Below, piece by piece: positions 15,001 through 30,000 of a stretch of 64,000 nt of DNA (the first letter of the stretch is position 1; each line of letters starts with the position of its first letter). The notes below the pieces were generated by a model. It saw only the letters and a program-made list of their open reading frames with translations. It had not been told where the DNA came from and did not search any database. The position numbers and the translations under genes are program-made. This DNA is from Euprymna scolopes (lineage: Eukaryota). The DNA is taken from assembly GCA_053919585.1 (NCBI GenBank), contig CM132809.1. One strand, written 5' to 3'.

Positions 15001-18000
15001 GTAGAAACAATTGTGATCTAACTAAACATCTCTTATACTCATTGTGGATGTATATAGAAACAATTGTGATCTAACTACACCTCTCTTATATCCATTGTGG
15101 AGGTATGTAGAAACAATTGGCATCTAACTCAACATCTCTTATATCCATTGTGGAGGTATGTAGAAACAATTGTGATCTAACTCAACATCTCTTATACCCA
15201 TTGTGGAGGTATGTAGAAACAATTGTGATCTAACTCAACATCTGTTATACCAATTGTGGAGGTATATAGAAACAATTGTCATCTAACTCAACATCTCTTA
15301 TATCCATTGTGGAGGTATGTACAAACAATTGTGATCTAATTAAACATCTATTATATCCATTGTTGAGGTATATAGAACCAATTGTGATCTAATTAAACAT
15401 CTCTTATACCCATTGTAGAGGTATGTAGAAACAATTGTGATCTAACTCAACATCTCTTATATCCATTGTGGAGGTATGTAGAAACAATTGGCATCTAACT
15501 TAACATCTCTTATATCCATTGTGGAGGTATGTAGAAACAATTGTGATCTAACTCAACATCTCTTATACCCATTGTGGAGGTATGTAGAAACAATTGGCAT
15601 CTAACTCAACATCTCTTATATCCATTGTGGAGGTATGTAGAAACAATTGTGATCTAACTCAACATCTCTTATATCCATTGTGGAGGAATGTAGAAACAAT
15701 TGTGATCTAACTCAACATTTCTTATATCCATTGTGGAGGTATGTAGAAACAATTGTGATCTAACTCAACATCTCTTATATCCATTGTGGAGGTATGTATA
15801 AACAATTGTGATCTAACTCAACATCTCTTATACCCATTGTGGAGATATATAGAAACAATTGTGATCTAACTCAACATCTCTTATATCAATTGTGAAGGTA
15901 TGTAGAAACAATTGTGATCTAATTCAACATCTCTTATACCCAATGTGGACGTATGTAGAAACAATTGTGATCTAACTCAACATCTTTTATATCCATTGTG
16001 GAGGTATGTAGAAACAATTGTGATCTAACTCAACATCTCTTATATCCATTGTGGAGGTATGTAGAACAATTGTGATCTAATTCAACATCTCTTATACCCA
16101 TTGTGGAGGTGTGTAGAAACAATTGTGATCTAACTCAACATCTCTTATACCCATTGTGGAGGTATATAGAAACAATTGTGATCTAACTCAACATCTCTTA
16201 TATCCATTGTGGAGGTATGTAGAAACAATTGTGATCTAACTCAACATCTCTTATATCCATTGTGGAGGTATGTAGAAACAATTGTGATCTAATTAAACAT
16301 ATCTTATATCCATTGTGGAGGTATGTAGAAACAATTGTGATCTAACTAGACATCTCTTATACCCATTGTGGAGGTATATAGAAACAATTGTGATCTAACT
16401 CAACATCTCTTATACCTATTGTGGAGGTATATAGATACAATTGTGATCTAACTCAACATCTCTTATATCCATTGTGGAGGTATGTAGAAACAATTGTGAT
16501 CTAATTCAACATCTCTTATATCCATTGTGGAGGTATGTAGAAACAATTGTGATCTAACTCAATATCTCTTATATCCATTGTGGAGGTATGTAGAAACAAT
16601 TGTGATCTAACTCAACATCTCTTATACCCATTGTGGAGGTATGTAGAAACAATTGTGATCAAATTCAACATCTCTTATACCCATTGTGGAGGTATGTAGA
16701 AACAATTGTGATCTAACTCAACATCTCTTATATCCATTGTGGAGGTATATAGGAACAATTGTGATCTAACTCAACATCTCTTATATCCATTGTGGAGGTA
16801 TGTAGAAACAATTGTGATCTAACTCAACATCTCTTATATCCATTGTGGAGGTATGTAGAAACAATTGGCATCTAACTCAACATCTCTTATACCCATTGTA
16901 GAGGTATGTAGAAACAATTGTGATCTAACTCAACATCTCTTATACCCATTGTAGAGGTATGTAGAAACAATGTTGATCTAACTCAACATCTCTTATACCC
17001 ATTGTGGAGGTATGTAGAAACAATTGTGATCTAATTAAACATCTCTTATACCCATTGTGGAGGTATGTAGAAACAATTGTGATCTAACTCAACATCTCTT
17101 ATATCAATTGTGGAGGTATGTAGAAACAATTGAAATCTAACTCAACATGTCTTATATACATTGTGGAGGTATGTAGAAACAATTGTTATCTAACTAAACA
17201 TCTCTTATATCCAGTGTGGAGGTATGTAGAAACAATTGGCATCTAACTCAACATATCTTATATCCATTGTGGAGGTATGTAGAAAAAATTGTGATCTAAC
17301 TCAACATCTCTTATATCCATTGTGGAGGTATATAGAAACAATTGTGATCAAACTCAACATCTCTTATATCCATTGTGGAGGTATGAAGAAACATTTGTGA
17401 TCTAACTCAACATCTCTTATATCCATTGTGGAGGTATGTAGAAACAATTGTGATCTAATTAAACATCTCTTATATCCATTGTGGAGGTATGTAGAAACAA
17501 TTGTGATCTAACTACACATCTCTTATACCCATTGTGGAGGTATATAGAAACAATTGTGATCTAACTCAACATCTCTTATACCTATTTTGGAGGTATATAG
17601 ATACAATTGTGATCTAACTCAACATCTCTTATATCCATTGTGGAGGTATGTAGAAAAAAATTGTGATCTAATTCAACATCTCTTATATCCATTGTGGAGG
17701 TATGTAGAAACAATTGTGATCTAACTCAACATCTCTTATATCCATTGTGGAGGTATGTAGAAACAATTGTGATCTAACTCAACATCTCTTATACCCATTG
17801 TGGAGGTATGTAGAAACAATTGTGATCTAATTCAACATCTCTTATACCCATTGTGGAGGTATGTAGAAACAATTGTGATCTAACTCAACATCTCTTATAT
17901 CCATTGTGGAGGTATATAGGAACAATTGTGATCTAACTCAACATCTCTTATATCCATTGTGGAGGTATGTAGAAACAATTGTCATCTAACTCAACATCTC

Positions 18001-21000
18001 TTATATCCATTGTGGAGGTATGTAGAAACAATTGGCATCTAACTCAACATCTCTTATACCCATTGTAGAGGTATGTAGAAACAATTTTGATCTAATTTAA
18101 CATCTCTTATATCCATTGTGGAGGTATGTAGAAACAATTGTGATCTAATTAAACATCTTTTATACCCATTGTGGAGGTATGTAGATACAATTGTGATCTA
18201 ACTCAACATCTCTTATATCAATTGTGGAGGTATGTAGAAACAATTGGAATCTAACTCAACATGTCTTATATCCATTGTGGAGGTATGTAGAAACAATTGT
18301 GATCTAACTAAACATCTCTTATACTCATTGTGGAGGTATATAGAAACAATTGTGATCTAACTCAACATCTCTTATATCCATTGTGGAGGTATGTAGAAAC
18401 AATTGGCATCTAATTCAACTTCTCTTATATCCATTGTGGAGGTATGTAGAAACAATTGTGATCTAACTCAACATCTCTTATACCCATTGTGGAGGTATGT
18501 AGAAACAATTGTGATCTAACTCTACATCTCTTATACCCATTGTGGAGGTATATAGAAACAATTGTGATCTAACTCAACATCTCTTATATCCATTGTGGAG
18601 GTATGTAGAAACAATTGTGATCTAACTCAACATCTCTTATATCCATTGTGGAGGTATGTAGAAACAATTGTGATCTAACTCAACATCTCTTATATCCATT
18701 GTGGAGGTATGTAGAAACAATTGTGATCTAATTCAACATCTGTTATACCCATTTTGGAGGTATGTAGAAACAATTGTGATCTAATTAAACATCACTTATA
18801 CCCATTGTGGAGGTATGTAGAAACAATTGTGATCTAACTCAACATCTCTTATATCCATTGTGGAGGTATATAGGAACAATTGTGATCTAACTCAACATCT
18901 CTTATATCCATTGTGGAGGTATGTAGAAACAATTGTCATCTAACTCAACATCTCTTATATCCATTGTGGAGGTATGTAGAAACAATTAGCATCTAACTCA
19001 ACATCTCTTATACCCATTGTAGAGGTATGTAGAAACAATTGTGATCTAACTACACATCTCTTATACCCATTGTGGAGGTATATAGAAACAATGGTGATCG
19101 AACTCAACATCTCTTATACCCATTGTGGAGGTATGTAGAAACAATTGTGATCTAATTTAACATCTCTTATATCCATTGTGGAGGTATGTAGAAACAATTG
19201 TGATCTAATTAAACATCTCTTATACCCATTGTGGAGGTATGTAGAAACAATTGTGATCTAACTCAACATCTCTTATATCAATTGTGGAGGTATGTAGAAA
19301 CAATTGGAATCTAACTCGACATCTCTTATATCCATTGTGGAGGTATGTAGAAACAATTGTGATCTAACTAAACATCTCTTATACTCATTGTTGAGGTATA
19401 TAGAAACAATTGTGATCTAACTACACCTCTCTTATATCCATTGTGGAGGAATGTAGAAACAATTGGCATCTAACTCAACATCTCTTATATCAATTGTGGA
19501 GGTATGTAGAAACAATTGTGATCCAACTCAACATCTCTTATACCCATTGTGGAGGTATGTAGAAACAATTGTGATCTAACTCAACATCTCTTATACCCAT
19601 TGTGGAGGTATATAGAAACAATTGTGATCGAACTCAACATCTCTTATATCCATTGTGGAGGTATGTACAAACAAATGTGATCTAATAAAACATCTCTTAT
19701 ATCCATTGTGGAGGTATATAGAAACAATTGTGATCTAATTAAACATCTCTTATACCCATTGTAGAGGTATGTAGAAACAATTGTGATCTTACTCAACATC
19801 TCTTATATCCATTGTGGAGGTATGTAGAAACAATTGGCATCTAACTCAACATCTCTTATATCCATTGTGGAGGTATGTAGAAACAATTGTGATCTAACTC
19901 AACATCTCTTATACCCATTGTGGAGGTATGTAGAAACAATTGGCATCTAACTCAACATCTCTTATATCCATTGTGGAGGTATGTAGAAACAATTGTGATC
20001 TAACTCAACATCTCTGATATCCATTGTGGAGGAATGTAGAAACAATTGTGATCTAATTCAACATCTCTTATATCCATTGTGGAGGTATGTAGAAACAATT
20101 GTGATCTAATTCAACATCTTTTATACCCATTGTGGACCTATGTAGAAACAATTGTGATCTAACGCAACATCTCTTATATCCATTGTGGAGGTATATAGAA
20201 ACAATTGTGATCTAATTAAACATCTCCTATACCCATTGTGGAGGTATGTAGAAACAATTGTGATCTAACTCAACATCTCTTATATCCATTGTGGAGGTAT
20301 ATAGAAACAATTGTGATCTAACTCAACATCTCTTATATCCATTGTGGAGGTATGTAGAAACAATTGTGATCTAACTACACATCTCTTATATCCATTGTGG
20401 AGGTATATAGAAACAATTGTGATCTAATTAAACATCTCTTATATCCATTGTGGAGGTATGTAGAAACAATTGTGATCTAACTCAACATCTCTTATATCCA
20501 TTGTGGAGGTATGTAGAAACAATTGTGATCTAACTCAACATCTCTTATATCCATTGTGGAGGTATGTAGAAACAATTGTGATCTAACTCAACATCTCTTA
20601 TACCCATTGTGGAGGTATGTAGAAACAATTGTTATCTAATTAAACATCTCTTATACCCATTGTGGAGGTATGTAGAAACAATTGTGATCTAATTAAACAT
20701 CTCTTATATTCATTGTGGAGGTATATAGGAACAATTGTGATCTAACTCAACATCTCTTATATCCATTGTGGAGGTATGTAGAAACAATTGTCATCTAACT
20801 CAACATCTCTTATATCCATTGTGGAGGTATGTAGAAAAATTGGCATCTAACTCAACATCTCTTATACCCATTGTAGAGGTATGTAGAAACAATTGTGATC
20901 TAACTTAACATCTCTTATACCCATTGTGGAGGTATATAGAAACAATTGTGATCTAACTCAACATCTCTTATACCCATTGTGGAGGTATGTAGAAACAATT

Positions 21001-24000
21001 GTGATCTAATTTAACATCTCCTCTATCCATTGTGGAGGTATGTAGAAACAATTGTGATCTAATTAAACATCTCTTATACCCATTGTGGAGGTATGTAGAA
21101 ACAATTGTGATCTAACTCAACATCTCTTATATCAATTGTGGAGGTATGTAGAAACAATTGGAATCTAACTCAACATCTCTTATATCAATTGTGGAGGTAT
21201 GCAGAAACAATTGTGATCTAACTTAACATCTCTTATACTCATTGTGGATGTATATAGAAACAATTGTTATCTAACTACACCTCTCTTATATCCATTGTGG
21301 AGGTATGTAGAAACAATTGGCATCTAACTCAACATCTCTTATATCCATTGTGGAGGTATGTAGAAACAATTGTGCACTAACTAAACATCTCTTATACCCA
21401 TTGTGGAGGTATGTAGAAACAATTGTGATCTAACTCAACATCTCTTATACCCATTGTGGAGGTATATAGAAACAATTGTGATCTAACTCAACATCTCTTA
21501 TATCCATTGTGGAGGTATGTACAAACAATTGTGATCTAATTAAAGATCTCTTATATCCATTGTGGAGGTATATAGAAACAATTGTGATCTAATTAAACAT
21601 CTCTTATACCCATTGTAGAGGTATGTAGAAACAATTGTGATCTAACTCAACATCTCTTATATCCATTGTGGAGGTATGTAGAAACAATTGGCATCTAACT
21701 CAACATCTCTTATATCCATTGTGGAGGTATGTAGAAACAATTGTGATCTAACTCTACATCTCTTCTACCCATTGTGGAGGTATGTAGAAACAATTGGCAT
21801 CTAACTCAACATCTCTTATATCCATTGTGGAGGTATGTAGAAACAATTGTGATCTAACTCAACATCTCTTATATCCATTGTGGTGGAATGTAGAAACAAT
21901 TGTGATCTAACTCAACATTTCTTATATCCATTGTGGAGGTATGTAGAAACAATTGTGATCTAACTCAACATCTCTTATACCAATTGTGGAGGTATGTAGA
22001 AACAATTGTGATCTAACTCAACATCTCTTATACCCATTGTGGAGATATATAGAAACAATTGTGATCTAACTCAACATCTCTTATATCAATTGTGAAGGTA
22101 TGTAGAAACAATTGTGATCTAATTCAACATCTCTTATACCCATTGTGGACGTATGTAGAAACAATTGTGATCTAACTCAACATCTATTATATCCATTGTG
22201 GAGGTATGTAGAAACAATTGTGATCTAACTCAACATCTCTTATATCCATTGTGGAGGTATGTAGAACAATTGTGATCTAACTCAACATCTCTTATACCCA
22301 TTGTGGAGGTATGTAGAAACAATTGTGATCGAACTCAACATCTCTTATACCCATTGTGGAGGTATATAGAAACAATTGTGATCTAACTCAACATCTCTTA
22401 TACCCATTGTGGAGGTATGTAGAAACAATTGGCATCTAACTCAACATATCTTATATCCATTGTGGAGGTATGTAGAAACAATTGTGATCTAACTCAACAT
22501 CTCTTATATCCATTGTGGAGGAATGTAGAAACAATTGTGATCTAACTCAACATTTCTTATATCCATTGTGGAGGTATGTAGAAACAATTGTGATCTAATT
22601 CAACATCTCTTATATCCATTGTGGAGGTATGTAGAAACAATTGTGATCTAACTACACATCTCTTATATCCATTGTGGAGGTATATAGAAACAATTGTGAT
22701 CTAATTAAACATCTCTTATATCCATTGTGGAGGTATGTAGAAACAATTGTGATCTAACTCAACATCTCTTATATCCATTGTGGAGGTATGCAGAAACAAT
22801 TGTGATCTAACTCAACATCTCTTATATCCATTGTGGAGGTATGTAGAAACAATTGTGATCTAACTCAACATCTCTTACACCCATTGTGGAGGTATGTAGA
22901 AACAATTGTGATCTAATTAAACATCTCTTATACCCATTGTGGAGGTATGTAGAAACAATTGTGATCTAACTCAACATCTCTTATACCCATTGTGGAGGTA
23001 TATAGAAACAATTGTGATCTAACTCAACATCTCTTATACCCATTGTGGAGGTATGTAGAAACAATTGTGATCTAATTTAACATCTCTTATATCCATTGTG
23101 GAGGTATGTAGAAACAATTGTGATCTAATTAAACATCTCTTATACCCATTGTGGAGGTATGTAGAAACAATTGTGATCTAACTCAACATCTCTTATATCA
23201 ATTGTGGAGGTATGTAGAAACAATTGGAATCTAACTCAACATCTCTTATATCCATTGTGGAGGTATGTAGAAACAATTGTGATCAAACTAAACATCTCTT
23301 ATACTCATTGTGGATGTATATAGAACCATTTGGTATCTAACTACACCTCTCTTATATCCATTGTGGAGGTATGTAGAAACAATTGGCATCTAACTCAACA
23401 TCTCTTATATCCATTGTGGAGGTATGTAGAAACAATTGTGATCTAACTCAACATCTCTTATACCCATTGTGGAGGTATGTAGAAACAATTGTGATCTAAC
23501 TCAACATCTGTTATACCAATTGTGGAGGTATATAGAAACAATTGTCATCTAACTCAACATCTCTTATATCCATTGTGGAGGTATGTACAAACAATTGTGA
23601 TCTAATTAAACATCTATTATATCCATTGTTGAGGTATATAGAACCAATTGTGATCTAATTAAACATCTCTTATACCCATTGTAGAGGTATGTAGAAACAA
23701 TTGTGATCTAACTCAACATCTCTTATATCCATTGTGGAGGTATGTAGAAACAATTGGCATCTAACTCAACATCTCTTATATCCATTGTGGAGGTATGTAG
23801 AAACAATTGTGATCCAACTCAACATCTCTTATACCCATTGTGGAGGTATGTAGAAACAATTGGCATCTAACTCAACATCTCTTATATCCATTGTGGAGGT
23901 ATGTAGAAACAATTGTGATCTAACTCAACATCTCTTATATCCATTGTGGAGGAATGTAGAAACAATTGTGATCTAACTCAACATTTCTTATATCCATTGT

Positions 24001-27000
24001 GGAGGTATGTAGAAACAATTGTGATCTAACTCAACATCTCTTATATCCATTGTGGAGGTATGTATAAACAATTGTGATCTAACTCAACATCTCTTATACC
24101 CATTGTGGAGGTATGTAGAAACAATTGTGATCTAACTCAACATCTCTTATATCAATTGTGAAGGTATGTAGAAACAATTGTGATCTAATTCAACATCTCT
24201 TATACCCAATGTGGACGTATGTAGAAACAATTGTGATCTAACTCAACATCTTTTATATCCATTGTGGAGGTATGTAGAAACAATTGTGATCTAACTCAAC
24301 ATCTCTTATATCCATTGTGGAGGTATGTAGAACAATTGTGATCTAATTCAACATCTCTTATACCCATTGTGGAGGTGTGTAGAAACAATTGTGATCTAAC
24401 TCAACATCTCTTATACCCATTGTGGAGGTATATAGAAACAATTGTGATCTAACTCAACATCTCTTATATCCATTGTGGAGGTATGTAGAAACAATTGTGA
24501 TCTAATTAAACATCTCTTATACCCATTGTGGAGGTATGTAGAAACAATTGTGATCTAACTCAACATCTCTTATATCCATTGTGGAGGTATATAGAAACAA
24601 TTGTGATCTAACTCAACATCTCTTATATCCATTGTGGAGGTATGTAGAAACAATTGTGATCTAACTACACATCTCTTATATCCATTGTGGAGGTTTATAG
24701 AAACAATTGTGATCTAATTAAACATCTCTTATATCCATTGTGGAGGTATGTAGAAACAATTGTGATCTAACTCAACATCTCTTATATCCATTGTGGAGGT
24801 ATGTAGAAACAATTGTGATCCAACTCAACATCTCTTATATCCATTGTGGAGGTATGTAGAAACAATTGTGATCTAATTCAACATCTCTTATACCCAATGT
24901 GGACGTATGTAGAAACAATTGTGATCTAACTCAACATCTTTTATATCCATTGTGGAGGTATGTAGAAACAATTGTGATCTAACTCAACATCTCTTATATC
25001 CATTGTGGAGGTATGTAGAACAATTGTGATCTAATTCAACATCTCTTATACCCATTGTGGAGGTGTGTAGAAACAATTGTGATCTAACTCAACATCTCTT
25101 ATACCCATTGTGGAGGTATATAGAAACAATTGTGATCTAACTCAACATCTCTTATATCCATTGTGGAGGTATGTAGAAACAATTGTGATCTAATTAAACA
25201 TCTCTTATACCCATTGTGGAGGTATGTAGAAACAATTGTGATCTAACTCAACATCTCTTATATCCATTGTGGAGGTATATAGAAACAATTGTGATCTAAC
25301 TCAACATCTCTTATATCCATTATGGAGGTATGTAGAAACAATTGTGATCTAACTACACATCTCTTATATCCATTGTGGAGGTATATAGAAACAATTGTGA
25401 TCTAATTAAACATCTCTTATATCCATTGTGGAGGTATGTAGAAACAATTGTGATCTAACTCAACATCTCTTATATCCATTGTGGAGGTATGTAGAAACAA
25501 TTGTGATCCAACTCAACATCTCTTATATCCATTGTGGAGGTATGTAGAAACAATTGTGATCTAATTCAACATCTCTTATACCCATTGTGGAGGTATGTAG
25601 AAACAATTGTGATCTAATTAAACATCTTTTGAAGCCATTGTGGAGGTATGTAGAAACAATTGTGATCTAACTCAACATCTCTTATATCCATTGTGGAGGT
25701 ATATAGGAACAATTGTGATCTAACTCAACATCTCTTATATCCATTGTGGAGGTATGTAGAAACAATTGGCATCTAACTCAACATCTCTTATACCCATTGT
25801 AGAGGTATGTAGAAACAATTGTGATCTAACTCAACATGTCTTATACCCATTGTGGAGGTATATAGAAACAATTGTGATCTAACTCAACATCTCTTATACC
25901 CATTGTGGACGTATGTAGAAACAATTGTGATCTAATTTAACATCTCTTATATCCATTGTGGAGGTATGTAGAAACAATTGTGATCTAAGTAAACATCTCT
26001 TATACCCATTGTGGAGGTATGTAGAAACAATTGTGATCTAACTCAACATCTCTTATATCAATTGTGGAGGTATGTAGAAACAATTGGAATCTAACTCAAC
26101 ATGTCTTATATCCATTGTGGAGGTATGTAGAAACAATTGTGATCTAACTAAACATCTCTTATACTCATTGTGGAGGTATATAGAAACAATTGTGATCTAA
26201 CTCAACATCTCTTATATCCATTGTGGAGGTATGTAGAAACAATTGGCATTTAACTCAACTTCTCTTATATCCATTGTGGAGGTATGTAGAAACAATTGTG
26301 ATCTAACTCAACATCTCTTATACCAATTGTGGAGGTATGTAGAAACAATTGTGATCTAACTCAACATCTCTTATACCCATTGTGGAGGTATATAGAAACA
26401 ATTGTGATCTAACTCAACATCTCTTATATCAATTGTGGAGGTATGTAGAAACAATTGGAATCTAACTAAACATGTCTTATATCCATTGTGGAGGTATGTA
26501 GAAACAATTGTGATCTAACTAAACATCTCTCATACCTATTGTGGAGGTATGTAGAAACAATTGTGATCTAATTTAACATCTCTTATATCCATTGTGGAGG
26601 TATGTAGAAACAATTGTGATCTAACTCAACATCTCTTATACCCATTGTGGAGGTATGTAGAAACAATTGTGATTTAACTCAACATCTCTTATATCAATTG
26701 TGGAGGTATGTAGAAACAATTGGAATCTAACTCAACATGTCTTATATCCATTGTGGAGGTATGTAGAAACAATTGTGATCTAACTAAACATCTCTTATAC
26801 TCATTGTGGAGGTATATAGAAACAATTGTGATCTAACTCAACATCTCTTATATCCATTGTGGAGGTATGTAGAAACAATTGACATCTAACTCAACTTCTC
26901 TTATATCCATTGTGGAGGTATGTAGAAAATTTGTGATCTAACTCAACATCTCTTATACCCATTGTGGAGGTATGTAGACACAATTGTGATCTAACTCAAC

Positions 27001-30000
27001 ATCTCTTATACCCATTGTGGAGGTATATAGAAACAATTGTGATCTAACTCAACATCTCTTATATCCATTGTGGAGGTATGTAGAAACAATTGTGATCTAA
27101 TTCAACATCTCTTATACCCATTGTGGACGTATGTAGATACAAATGTGATCTAACTCAACATCTCTTATATCCATTGTGGAGGTATATAGAAACAATCGTG
27201 ATCTAATTAAACATCTCCTATACCCATTGTGGAGGTATGTAGAAACAATTGGGATCTAACTCAACATCTCTTATATCCATTGTGGAGGTATATAGAAACA
27301 ATTGTGATCTAACTCAACATCTCTTATATCCATTGTGGAGGTATGTAGAAACAATTGTGATCTAACTACACATCTCTTATATCCATTGTGGAGGTATATA
27401 GAAACAATTGTGATCTAATTCAACATCTCTTATATCCATTGTGGAGGTATGTAGAAACAATTGTGATCTAACTCAACATCTCTTATATCCATTGTGGAGG
27501 TATGTAGAAACAATTGTGATCCAACTCAACATCTCTTATATCCATTGTGGAGGTATGTAGAAACAATTGTGATCTAATTCAACATCTCTTATACCCATTG
27601 TGGAGGTATGTAGAAACAATTGTGATCTAATTAAACATCTTTTATACCCATTGTGGAGGTATGTAGAAACAATTGTGATCTTACTCAACATCTCTTATAT
27701 CCATTGTGGAGGTATATAGGAACAATTGTGATCTAACTCAACATCTCTTATATCCATTGTGGAGGTATGTAGAAACAATTGGCATCTAACTCAACATCTC
27801 TTATACCCATTGTAGAGGTATGTAGAAACAATTGTGATCCAACTCAACATCTCTTATACCCATTGTGGAGGTATATAGAAACAATTGTGATCTAACTCAA
27901 CATCTCTTATACCCATTGTGGAGGTATATAGAAACAATTGTGATCGAACTCAACATCTCTTATACCCATTGTGGAGGTATGTAGAAACAATTGTGATCTA
28001 ACTAAACATCTCTCATACCTATTGTGGAGGTATGTAGAAACAATTGTGATCTAATTAAACATCTCTTATACCCATTGTGGAGGTATGTAGAAACAATTGT
28101 GATCTAACTCAACATCTCTTATATCCATTGTGGAGGTATATAGGAACAATTGTGATCTAACTCAACATCTCTTATATCCATTGTGGAGGTATGTAGAAAC
28201 AATTGTCATCTAACTCAACATCTCTTATATCCATTGTGGAGGTATGTAGAAACAATTGGCATCTAACTCAACATCTCTTATACCCATTGTAGAGGTATGT
28301 AGAAACAATTGTGATCTAACTCAACATCTCTTATACCCATTGTGGAGGTATATAGAAACAATTGTGATCGAACTCAACATCTCTTATACCCATTGTGGAG
28401 GTATGTAGAAACAATTGTGATCTAACTCAACATCTCTTATATCCATTGTGGAGGTATGTAGAAACAATTGTGATCTAATTAAACATCTCTTATACCCATT
28501 GTGGAGGTATGTAGAAACAATTGTGATCTAACTCAACATCTCTTATATCCATTGTGGAGGTATGTAGAAACAATTGGCATCTAACTCAACATCTCTTATA
28601 CCCATTGTAGAGGTATGTAGAAACAATTGTGATCCAACTCAACATCTCTTATACCCATTGTGGAGGTATATAGAAACAATTGTGATCTAACTCAACATCT
28701 CTTATACCCATTGTGGAGGTATGTAGAAACAATTGTGATCTAATTTAACATCTCTTATATCCATTGTGGAGGTATGTAGAAACAATTGTGATCTAATTAA
28801 ACATCTCTTATACCCATTGTGGAGGTATGTAGAAACAATTGTGATCTAACTCAACATCTCCTATATCAATTGTGGAGGTATGTAGAAACAATTGGAATCT
28901 AACTCAACATGTCTTATATCCATTGTGGAGGTATGTAGAAACAATTGTGATCTAACTAAACATCTCTTATACTCATTGTGGAGGTATATAGAAACAATTG
29001 TGATCTAACTCAACATCTCTTATATCCATTGTGGAGGTATGTAGAAACAATTGTGATCTAATTCAACATCTCTTATACCCATTGTGGACGTATGTAGAAA
29101 CAATTGTGATCTAACTCAACATCTCTTATATCCATTGTGGAGGTATATAGAAACAATTGTGATCTAATATAACATTTCCTATACCCATTGTGGAGGTATG
29201 TAGAAACAATTGGGATCTAACTCAACATCTCTTATATCCATTGTGGAGGTATATAGAAACAATTGTGATCTAACTCAACATCTCTTATATCCATTTTGGA
29301 GGTATGTAGAAACAATTGTGATCTAACTACACATCTCTTATATCCATTGTGGAGGTATATAGAAACAATTGTGATCTAATTAAACATCTCTTATATCCAT
29401 TGTGGAGGTATGTAGAAACAATTGTGATCTAACTCAACATCTCTTATATCCATTGTGGAGGTATGTAGAAACAATTGTGATCTAACTCAACATCTCTTAT
29501 ATCCATTGTGGAGGTATGTAAAAACAATTGTGATCTAATTCAACATCTCTTATACCCATTGTGTAGGTATGTAGAAACAATTGTGATCTAATTAAACATC
29601 TCTTATACCAATTGTGGAGGTATGTAGAAACAATTGTGATCTAACTCAACATCTCTTATATCCATTGTAGAGGTATATAGGAACAATTGTGATCTAACTC
29701 AACATCTCTTATATCCATTGTGGAGGTATGTAGAAACAATTGTCATCTAACTCAACATCTCTTATATCCATTGTGGAGGTATGTAGAAACAATTGGCATC
29801 TAACTCAACATCTCTTATACCCATTGTAGAGGTATGTAGAAACAATTGTGATCTAACTCAACATCTCTTATACCCATTGTGGAGGTATATAGAAACAATT
29901 GTGATCGAACTCAACATCTCTTATACCCATTGTGGAGGTATGTAGAAACAATTGTGATCTAACTCAACATCTCTTATATCCATTGTGGAGGTATGTAGAA